In this document: positions 27,601 to 39,600 of the stretch, in pieces | Layout: every line of letters begins with the position of its first letter | Numbering within the stretch: the stretch's first letter is position 1 | Origin: Phoronis australis | Taxonomy: Eukaryota; Animalia; Phoronida | Direction of reading: 5' to 3' | Length of the DNA stretch: 64,000 nucleotides | Assembly: GCA_002633005.1 (NCBI GenBank) | Contig: NMRA01000383.1 | Location: 322,951 to 386,950, forward strand | The notes under the pieces: model-generated | What the model saw: the letters and a program-made list of their open reading frames with translations, nothing else | Told to the model about the DNA's origin: nothing | The model's database searches: none | Translations under genes and position numbers: made by a program

Positions 27601-30600
27601 TTCAGTTTCGGACAATGAAAATTAACCATGTCATTCAAGTACACAGACTTTGCACCAAATCTTTGCAACAGGCAACACTGGCCATCCCAAATTCAATAAT
27701 TAGGAACAACAAATGACCAGTCTCTTCCAAGTTATCGCACAAACAGGGTACATGAAAACGTGTCGGTAGCTGTTTTCAAAGAACTTACAAGACTTATTTG
27801 ATTTAGGCCAGAACAGAATCAAGAAATTTTAAAATTAGTGCGTAAGTAAATAACGACATGTCTATCCAATCCAACGTTTCGGTTTATTTCATTAAACCAT
27901 TCTCAAGGAAACAGTTACAAACACAAAACAAGAGAGACAGGTAGAGAAGAGACTGTACAGGCACACATCAAAATGCATTGTGAGGGGGAAAGACCAGAAA
28001 TAAATCGTTGGACTGGATAGATATGTCGTTATTTACTTACACGCTAATTTTAAAGTTCGTGCTTACAAGTCTTACAATCCGACTCAGTGGATACAAAACA
28101 CAGAGTCTAGAAGCATGATGAATGTCAAAATCGACTGTGTCCCAATCTTCAGAAGGAATATAATTCAATTTAATTAGAATTTTGGTATTGATTCATTCGT
28201 TTTCAATTTTTATATTGAATGTCTACTTCCTGTCAGCAGGTTAAAACAAGCCGACAGGAACTGAGACATTTAATGTGACATTTCCTTCTTATTCGCAGTC
28301 TCAACTTGAAAATTAAGAAGAATGCTAAATGAAGTTTCCTGAGTGTCCACCATCCAAAAGATCTGAGACCACTTCGCACTGACAAGAAGTGGTTGGATTG
28401 GTATGTCCACCAACACGGGCACATAATTAGTGAGATTCAGTGCTCCATATAGCATTTGGCCAATGCAACTTCAGATTGTGTTTGGTGACATGGAAAAACC
28501 CCAAATCGCCATGAAGTCGACAGAACAAATATCGAAGTCAGACAAAAATTCCCCCGAAAGTCATTTTAAAATTTATGGTAAATTCCAAAACTTCAAACAG
28601 TTTTTCTAGATTCAATACCTTTGGTTGACATTAGTTTAGTTTATTTTGTGAAATCAGTGCATTTGCCAACCTCAGCAGCCAGCACACATCAAATGCGCTA
28701 AAAATACAACAGAAAGCAAACGGAAAGAAATCGGAATCGTTTGGCAGAAAACCAAGCAAGATCAGACCCATGAAATACACACCTCCAGTGTATCCGACCG
28801 TCTGCAATCTCTGTTGGCAGAAGAGATTGAACGATGCATAATTTTACAATGAGCAATGGAAAGATTTCTGCGTATAGTTTTTGAGAACAGAGAATGGCAC
28901 GTTTTTAAAATTGTTTTGTCGACAATTTCGACATCAGTTCTGGCGACCTAGGGTTTTCACTAAGTCGTATTTGGCACTATGGCTACTACTACAAAGGCAC
29001 ACACAGTCAAGTATTTCACAAGCAAGTCTTGTGCTTTGATTTTGTATTTGTCAGAAGTTTCATATTGAAGTTCTAAAATAACGAGAAAGAACATAAAATT
29101 TTCAGTTGTCTACAGCTGTTCTGGGTGCATGGTGTCTCACGTTCGGCATTTTGGCACGTAACACATTCTCAAAGAACTTTTGTCTCAATTTGATGCTGAA
29201 GACATGAGTGTGTAATTTCATTTTTAATACCCAAAGCACAACCTACCACTAGGGGTCAGCACCAGCCTCCTGAATGCCTCGTCGCCAATCAGGATGCCGA
29301 CCAACAATTTGACTCCAGTCATGAGTTGTGATTCGATGGACTGAGTGTATTCGTTAGGTATAGATGGCGCTGTCATACAGGGTCGTAAGTACCTTCAAAA
29401 GGAATATTAAGTTTGGATAGTACCAGCATAAGTGATTTAAAGTTGTGCATTTGACTGGCATTTTTTAGGATCAAAACACTAAGTGGAAAAGCATCACACA
29501 GCAAAATTGGTCTCCATTATTGTACCTTAACATGGATAAGAAGAAATTTTCAGAATTTGGGAAAACGAGACAAATGACTGAACTTAAAGAGGCGTGGAAC
29601 GAGAAAACTCTCGACATAAAATACTTTTTAAACAGATGGTGGAGAACCTACTGTACTTCTTGGGGATGTTAACTTGAGAGATACTCATTGCAAGAATTTC
29701 TAGAAAAACTGTTATTCTCTGTTTTCTAAACACAAAGTAAAACTCTTTCATCCCAGTACTGTAACAGTTTTCAGCTCTCCAACTCCGATAATACATGCAC
29801 ATGCGCTAAAAGAAATCAGACTAGCTGCAGCTTCAAATTGCCACTGTTTTGTTTACCTCTACTGCAACAGAGGGAAGCACGTGTATTAAATTACTACAAC
29901 AGAAGGAAGCCCGTTTATCAAATTACTACAACACAGGGAAGCACGTGTATCAAATTACTACAACCAGGAAGAGATAACCAGGAAGGGACAACTAGCTAAA
30001 CCCGCCGTTTTTGGCCTCCTTCCCNNNNNNNNNNNNNNNNNNNNNNNNNNNNNNNNNNNNNNNNNNNNNNNNNNNNNACTCAGTGGATACAAAACACAGA
30101 GTCTAGAAGCATGATGAATGTCAAAATCGACTGTGTCCCAATCTTCAGAAGGAATATAATTCAATTTAATTAGAATTTTGGTATTGATTCATTCGTTTTC
30201 AATTTTTATATTGAATGTCTACTTCCTGTCAGCAGGTTAAAACAAGCCGACAGGAACTGAGACATTTAATGTGACATTTCCTTCTTATTCGCAGTCTCAA
30301 CTTGAAAATTAAGAAGAATGCTAAATGAAGTTTCCTGAGTGTCCACCATCCAAAAGATCTGTGAGACCACTTCGCACTGACAAGAAGTGGTTGGATTGGT
30401 ATGTCCACCAACACGGGCACATAATTAGTGAGATTCAGTGCTCCATATAGCATTTGGCCAATGCAACTTCAGATTGTGTTTGGTGACATGGAAAAACCCC
30501 AAATCGCCATGAAGTCGACAGAACAAATATCGAAGTCAGACAAAAATTCCCCCGAAAGTCATTTTAAAATTTATGGTAAATTCCAAAATTTCAAACAGTT

Positions 30601-33600
30601 TTTCTAGATTCAATACCTTTGGTTGACATTAGTTTAGTTTATTTTGTGAAATCAGTGCATTTGCCAACCTCAGCAGCCAGCACACATCAAATGCACTAAA
30701 AATACAACAGAAAGCAAACAGAAAGAAATCGGAATCGTTTGGCAGAAAACCAAGCAAGATCAGACCCATGAAATACACACCTCCAGTGTATCCGACCGTC
30801 TGCAATCTCTGTTGGCAGAAGAGATTGAACGCTGCATAATTTTACAATGAGCAATGGAAAGATTTCTGCGTATAGTTTTTGAGAACAGAGAATGGCACGT
30901 TTTTAAAATTGTTTTGTCGACAATTTCGACATCAGATCTGGCGACCTAGGGTTTTCACTAAGTCGTATTTGGCACTGTGGCTACTACTACAAAGGCACAC
31001 ACAGTCAAGTATTTCACAAGCAAGTCTTGTGCTTTGATTTTGTATTTGTCAGAAGTTTCATATTGAAGTTCAAAAATAACGAGAAAGAACATAAAATTTT
31101 CAGTTGTCTACAGCTGTTCTGGGTGCATGGTGTCTCACGTTCGGCATTTTGGCACATAACACATTCTTAAAGAACTTTTGTCTCAATTTGATGCTGAAGA
31201 CAGGAGTGTGTAATTTCATTTATAATACCCAAAGCCCAACCTACCACTAGGGGTCAGCACCAGCCTCCTGAATGCCTCGTCGCCAATTAGGATACCGACT
31301 AACAATTTGACTCCAGTCATGAGTTGTGATTCGATGGACTTTGTGTATTCGTTAGGTATAGATGGCGCTGTCATACAGGGTCGTAAATACCTTCAAAAGG
31401 AATATTACGTTTGGATAGTACCAGCATAAGTGATTTAAAGTTGTGCATTTGACTGGCATTTCTTTAGGATCAAAACACTTAGTGGAAAAGCGTCACGCAG
31501 CAAAATTGGTCTCAATTATTGTACCTTAATGGGATAAGAAGTAATTTTCAAATTTGGGAAAACGAGACAAATGACTGAACTTAAAGAGGCATGGAACAAG
31601 AAAACTCTCGACGTAAAACACCTCTTAAACAGATGGTGGAGAACCTACTTCTTGAGAGTTACTCATTGCAAGAATTTCTAGAAAAACTGTTATTCTCTGT
31701 TTTCTAAACACAAAGTAAAACTCTTTCATCCCAATACTGTAACAGTTTTCAGCTCTCCAACTCCGATAATACACATGCATATGCGCTAAAAGAAATCGGA
31801 CTAGCTGCTGCTTCAAATCGCCACTGTTTTGTTTACCTCTACAACAGAGGGAAGCAGGTGTATCAAATTACAACAACAGAGGGAAGCACGTGTATCAAAT
31901 TACTACAACAGAGGGAAGCACGTGTATCAAATTACTACAACAGAGGGAAGCACGTGTACCAAATTACAACAACAGAGGGATCAAATTACCTGAAAAAGCT
32001 GAGAACCAGATTATAAATCTCGCCGACACAGCCCTTAACATTACTCGTGTACTCTCTCACTAGTACTGTCATGATCTTCAGTTGGAAACTGAGAATCTTC
32101 AACGATTTCTGGAAAGTCTTGTCATCACCTTGACTCAAACGCTTTCATAAAACATAATATACAGTGAATCAAACTATTATACAGTCTCTGTTGACACAAA
32201 CAACATGGCAGACAATACTTCTGCATTATTATTATTATTATTTATTCATTATAGTGACATAAGGGTGCCAGTAAATATATGATCTAAAATACAGAATATT
32301 CACCACACCCCCAGCCTCAGCAATACCAGAAAAGACACCAATGATTTCCAAAAGAGTCCCACTTCCACTATCTGTATTGTTTTTGCATGTCTGGTATGTA
32401 CGGAACATGTTGTATTGCAAGAGGATATTTTTGACCTGAAAACGACTGTTTAAATATTTTCTACCACTTTTCTCAAGTCAACAGGCTCGTTGCTAGACTT
32501 CACGTAAAAGTTTCCAAGCTGCCTACAAAAGCACTTAGCCTTTATCTTACAAGAACACACTCATAAAGCCCTCGGTCAAATAAGGGTGCCAGCCCACCAG
32601 TTTTCTGAAAGAACGTGTCCGCCAAGGGTGGTTACTTTAGATGGAAAATCACTTGGATAAAAACAGTTTCCTTGAGGCAAATTTGGAAATTCAAAGTAAA
32701 ATACTGCCCACTTCCTGTTTTTTATGGTTCCTTTCCCAGTAGCTACCTAGGTAATTAAAGCTTTAGTACACTTATACAACACACTACAACCAATGCAGGT
32801 AAGCATGATTATTTTCAATTAAGAAGCTTAATCTAATAATTGCAGATGGTCTGGTATATGCTGTACCAGAAGAGCGTAGGCCGCTCATATGGGCCCATTG
32901 CACCGGTGACCTGGAACCAATTTTATCCTTTAGTAATATAGAGTTAAAACCGTGCTGAAGAGCTGGAGACCTGACTCAAGGGTCCAACAGTGTGCCTCAG
33001 TGGGACTCGAACCCATGACCTTGAGTAAAAGAAACTTATCTCACTAAGCCACACTGCCTCCTCTAATTAGTTCGGTTTGTTGACAACTTCACGGACTTTC
33101 CGCACATGGTTAATGTGTACCTTAGCTTTTATAATATGCATTCTAAAATTACATGAGAGCAAATGTCTTCAGAGAGAAAGAGAGAGCATGCACCAGTCCT
33201 TCATTTCACTGATTCACTTAGTCGTCTGTAGTGCATAAATTATTTACAATTAGAATTTTCTGGCAGACACAAGATAGCGATAAATATGCACTAGCACACT
33301 CACTCTGTACATTAGAACAGTTTTCAGATACATCTGGCTTACCTGTCCCCACCTATCCACATGCGGTATCAACTGGAATAAGTGTGAATAGGACTGGTCC
33401 ATTTCCTGGCAGAGGGAGGATATCATTGGCCTTGCATCCAAATGTTCTATTAACAATGACCTGTAGTGGCTACACAACCTGCAATGGAATGTGTCAAAAT
33501 ATTTATTCACTTAATTTGCACATAAATATCTTAAATGTCATTTTTTTATTTGTCAAACAGACTCATTATGGTGTTGTAATTAATTATAATTCTGCCTTTG

Positions 33601-36600
33601 GCTTTCAAAAACAGGACTTTTATGATTTCACACAGCTTTTCTGAGCTTTCATCTTGGACACTGTTATCACACTGAATTTGGTCATGTTATTGATACCATT
33701 GTTTTGCTATAAATATACCTTTCTTTTTATTCTATTTTACCAACAACACATGGTCACGTGACACAATTAATAACAAAATGTTGAAAAGTCAAAAATCAAA
33801 CTCTACAGGCTTTCAACTTTTAGAAAAAAAAACACTCCTACTTATTGAGCTAAAACCTACACCTACAAGTGGAAAACAAAAACAGCAACAGAGTGCAGAA
33901 TGAAAACCAACGTTTTAATATTAAGCAAATATCATCTTCAAGTACAAGGATGACACGGAATAGAACAAATTATCGGAACAGAATGTACACTTCATGACGC
34001 GAAGTGTACATTCTGTTCCGATAATTTGTTCTATTCCGTAGAGTTTGATTTTTTGCTGTTTTTGTTTTCCACTTGTAGGTATAGAATTTAGCTCAATAAG
34101 TAGAAGTGTTATTTTTTCTAAAAGTTGAAATCCATAGTTTTGTAGACATCTGGCTAAATACAGAGTCAAAGACACTTCCAAAAATTCCAAAATTCCCACA
34201 TCTATACATCAAAATTAGAACTGCTTAATGTGAATTTTGAACAGACTAGAGAATCAAATCAATTACAATCAGGCCACCAAGTCAAAGTCATACTTAGACA
34301 GTGTTTTCCATGTGGTAATCATGATTTTGGCGTCCAACTGGCTGACGACCTTGGTCAATTCGTGGAAACCGTAACATACTGAAATAAAAATACCAATGAC
34401 GCATGAGGCAGTTTTGGTTGGGAGAAACAGAAGTTTTGTATGCAAAAAGTTTGTCTTTATGGACAAATCGTCAATTTCTAAAGAAAAATCCCGACTTTTA
34501 AGAAAAAAATGCAATCAAATGATTTCAAGCATCAGGACATTGCTGTCACGCACATAACGCAATTCTGAAATCATAAAGGATTTTAAAAGTATAGTTTTTA
34601 CCACTAATTCTTTAAACTTCTTGAAGAAATTTGATCCCAGGAAACACATAACAGGTATCATGTTATCTTTAAAGTGCTTAAAACCAATATTTACTTAGTA
34701 CCTTTTTGACAAGAGACTACATTGCCAGCATCATTAAACCTTCCTTTATAGCATTGCATATCACAACATCGTGAATTCAACGTTCCAAATACGGGAAAAC
34801 AGAGAAAGCAACTTCAGTTGAAAGTTTCTAAGCTCCACAGACATGAGAATGGTGCATGAATGTACTCAGCGCCACTGTCTAATGTACACCAACACGCAAG
34901 TTTCTTGCTTTGTGCAACACATGCCATATACCCACTTCTCTGATGTCTAAAGGGAAAGCGCCACAGCGTGGTCAAATACTAAGTTATCACAACCACCAAC
35001 GTAACCCCTCGACATTCCTTATTATACCATAACCCACGCAAAAACAAACAGCAACATCTTACCACTTTCCACACTAAACACAATGGAGGATGACTGATGC
35101 GGTCATTGGAAGACTCGATTTTATGTGGTATGTTTCGACCAATATATGCTCATACCTCGAGATCAGCTAATGTTCTAATTAGACAGATGGTCGACTGGGG
35201 AGGGAGTTGTTTCTTGGTGTTTTGATACAAAATTGGTGGCGGTTTAAGCACGTTAAACAAGACTTACTTGTACACAAATTCTCCAAGTCCTTCGGTGAAC
35301 TGTCCTTGTCCAGATGAATTTTATCAATAAGAGCAGTAAATATCTGAAAACAACCACTAGAATTCCCAACACGCAAAACACAATTCATCTTCATTTTATT
35401 TTTTCCTCCACTTAATATTGCGGTAAAAATTCTTCAACTTGGGACACAATAAGGCGGACAGGTGAAATTTCATTTTACTAAATTTTTCAACAAAACTAAA
35501 TTTTCAGGAAAATTTACAATGCTTTTAGCATGATTTGTATGACATAGCTATTACCAAACAACATTACGTAAAATTTTGAGCATTTGCAACAATGTGGTAA
35601 GCCTCTACAAAATAGAAATATGGTAATTTTAGCAATTATTGTTGTCCCAAATTGAATTTTTTTACAGGAAACTTACTCAAGCATGACGACTAGTTCAATT
35701 TTTGTTACGCACAATACATGCTGTTGTTTTGTCATACAGCTGGCATGCACTCTAATCAACAATCGCCCACAGCATGACTCCTATTGAGTTTAGTTGCAAT
35801 CGAACACAAGATGGCCATGTGGTGGCCATTTTTCGCTTTATTAAATGAAGTAATACAGTAAAATCTCACAAATTCAGGACAACATGTCGGACAAGTGAAG
35901 TTCTACTTTTTCATTTTTTGATAAAAGATAGACCAAACTGTCTCCACAGAACATACTAGAAAGACGCCATCCACCTTAAGACATTCACTGGGAGTCTATA
36001 ATCTTTAATAAGAAACAGCTGTTCTTGACTACAACTTAAATACCTAAGAAGTAATAAATACCATTTGAAGGGAATGCGTCCTCTTGAACATGGCCGACAA
36101 TTTCTCAGACACAGATCCCAGTAAGTCACCATAGAGGGATCCACTGTCCTAAAAACAAAGCAAACGCTATTAGCAGTGAGCAGCAAATCAACAGAGAGGA
36201 AATACTGAGTTCAAGAAAGGCGTCAGGTTGTAAATGAGAGCCTTCCAGGGCTTTGACACGAATGGACGTTATCTGGCAAGAGCCTCGACTGGTCAGTAGT
36301 TTACAGACAATAACAAGTATGCTGCAAATTGTTTGAGACCTTTATTGCATTAATTAGCTTATTTCAAAATTTTGATTTATAGCCATGAATACATAACAAA
36401 CTTTGTTAATGACTAGCACAGATTATCAAGTTTTAAACTCATCAGCGGCCAGTAAATCAAATCAAAAGATTGACGCATCCGTTTTCTGTCACGGCAATAC
36501 CGAAAGGCTCGCAAAATTTTATTGAGCAGATTTTAGGCATGCATTTGAACAATGAAACAGAAATGAAAAAAGATTGCACTGCGTGTTACCTGACAGTGTT

Positions 36601-39600
36601 TGTACGAGTTCTTTAGCACCGGTAGAACAACATGCAAGAGGGAGTGAATGTGACGCATGTGCAACAGGTCAAAGGTCAACATGTGCTGGATCATCTCATG
36701 TAGGTCCCACAATAGTCTAATGGCGAGCTGGAACAGAAAATGAGGTCACACTGACATGACAAGAGCGTAGGCAAACAAATGTAGACTTCATCACACTTTC
36801 AGCAGTTTCAGATTCTTTCTGGGCCCGTCTAATCTCGGTATTTGAAACTTGATTTGAAAACTGACCAATTGCTTGGAATGGTGCCTACCTCTAGATGGTC
36901 CATAACAGCAGCCTGTACTTGACTGTCTAAATCACCACTGTCCAGCAGATCACACACGCCACACAATGTCTGGTCAAACACGACACACACCTGAATTGAT
37001 ATAATACATGTCAATGATGAGACACAGGAGAGACACAGGTGAGACATTACTGCTTTCACTCTCATTGTGTTCTAAGAGCATTTCAGAGTCAAAATTTCAT
37101 TTCTTTGCATTATTTGAAATAGAAAAAATAAACACATAGCCACGACAGAGGCAACCAGCACAGTACAGTAAAATCTCACCAGTTTAGGACACAATCTGGT
37201 GGACACGTTCAAATTTATTTTCTCGCTTTTTCCTAAATTATACACAGTACAAAAATGATGCTGTGCCATATCCAAGTTCTGTAACCATAGCTACCAACAG
37301 AAAGTATTCTGGACACTTGTGGGCATTCACAGCAATGACTGAAGCCCTTGAAGAAGGACATAAAAATGTAATGGCCAGTATTTTGTCCAAAAATTGCCAA
37401 ATGTTTCCGTGTTACCAAACTCTACCTTGTCTGTTATATGCGACACAAGTACCTCCTCCATGGACGTTGGATCAACACTGGGCAATACATATTTAGTAAC
37501 ACAGTCCAGCACATCTGTCAAGAGAAGAGTAAGGGCTTGGAGTGATCAATGACAAAAAAGAGGAAGAATTTCCAGATGATGTATTGTTCCACAAATAAAT
37601 AAGTTTGTGTGTTAGAAATATTTTTTCAGTGGTAAAATTTAACTGAAATGAAGGTTTTTGCAAGAATAAAGTCAAAATAATGAAACAAGAGCAATGCGAA
37701 GCGTTGAAATGCGCCCACGAATGCATTGCAAATGGTGTGCTTTTAGGGTTATTTATTTGTATCAAAAAATGGCCACTAGATGGCGCAAAATCATACAATT
37801 CATCCAAAAACAGGAACATGCCATATTTCATAAAAATCTGTCAAGGAACTTCAGAGAAACAAAGGAAAACAGAATAAAATGAAATTGCCACTAGTGGGCA
37901 CAGTGTCCGTTGGATCCGCGTGAAAGTCGTCGTCGTCGTCTGTTGTTATCTTCATATAGATACACTTACTAAATTTAGTAAAGATCCTGCAGTGGGTTTA
38001 GGAGATACGTGTGCAACTATGGGCGCAAAACAAAACTACCACTAGTAGCTGCCACAGTAGTGAGTCACCATCATCAAAGGTCGTCTTCACACTGAGAACA
38101 TAGATGCCAATTTTCAAATGATTTGCTTGATACAAGGGTGGACACCAAAAACGAGATTTGAAAACAGCAAAAAATGACCACTAGGTGGTGCAAAATATAT
38201 AGATTCCATCCAAAAACAGGAACATAGTGTCATCACAACAATAGATGCCTATATTTAAAATTTTATGAAAATCTGTTGAGGACCTTTGAAGATACCAAGT
38301 TAAACGTAAAAACTAAAATTGCCACTAGGGGGCACAGCAGTAGTCAGATCTGTCCGAAAGTCGTCGTCGTCCGTAGACAACATCATATAAATACACTTGT
38401 TAAATTAAGTAAGGATCCTGCGAACGGTTTAGGAGATATAGCCATAGGTGCAACAAAAACAAAACTGCCACTAGGAGGTGCCACAGTAGTAATCGTCGGA
38501 AAATCGTCAACTGTCCTCTTTATAGTAAGCACATACATGCCAATTTTCACAATCATCCTTTGAGCGATTTGGTTGATAGAGGGGTGGACTCAAAAAACAG
38601 ACTCGAAAACAGTAAAAATGGCCACTAGGTGGCGCAAACTACATCGAATCCATCCGAAAATGGGAGGATAGCGTCATCCCACTAATAGGTGCCTACATAT
38701 AAAATTTCATGAAAATCTGTTAAGGACCTTTGAAGATACAAAGGTAAACGTAAAAAAAATAAAATTGCCACTAGGGGGCACACCGGTAGTCGGATCTGTC
38801 CAAGTCGTCGTCGTCCATTGTTAACATCATATAAATATACTTACTAAATTTCGTAAAGATCCTTCGAACGGTTTAGGAGATACTGCCATGGGCACAAAAA
38901 ATAAAAATGCCACTAGGAGGCGCCACAGTAGTCGAAATCGTCGGAAAATCATCGTCAACCGTCCTCTTCGTAGTAAGCACATACACGTCAATTTTCACAA
39001 TCATCCTTTGAGCGGTTTGGTTGATAGAGGTGTGGACGCAAAAAACAGACTCGAAAACAGTAAAAATGGCCACTAGGTGGCGCAAACTACGTCGAATCCA
39101 TCCGAAAACGAGAGGATAGCATCATCTCACTACTAGGTGAAAATCCGTTCGGACTTTGAAGATACAAAGGTAAGGGTTTTGGAGATAGAGCAGCAGACGC
39201 CGGACGGAGATGATGGCATAATGCGTCCACATATATGAACATGTGGGTGTATAAAAAAGAAACAAAAAAGAGTAAACTGGAAATCAACAAGGCTTGGAAT
39301 AACCAATGACAAATAGAGGAAAAATTTCCAGGTGATGTACAAATAAATAGGGTTATGTGATAGAAATAAACTGAATTAAACATTTTCACATGTCTAAGGT
39401 TACAATAATGATACAAGGGCGACAAAAAAACAGGAAATAAAATAAGAGGAAATCAAAACAAACAAGATGACAACCTCTTAAAAGAGGGAAAGTGTTAAGA
39501 CAAAATAGAAACCAAAAATGAGAAAATTCCAAGACCTGAAGAGTCTAGAGGAAGGCGAGGAAACAAAAACATTAATCAACACAAACATCACCACATCAAT

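Noticed and set aside
28233-30453. Duplicated small ORFs (MLYGALNLTNY...)
   Set aside because: Intronic sequence in the duplicated block; the two copies differ by a 2-nt indel, so the frame is not conserved.
32380-32522. Possible extra FIRRM exon after a TTTTGTAG acceptor
   Set aside because: The frame hits a stop, and 33478-33343 supplies the homologous segment.
37180-37222. Possible FIRRM micro-exon (..RLCPKL|GTGAG)
   Set aside because: No polypyrimidine acceptor; extending the previous exon to 37426 supplies the missing 9 residues.
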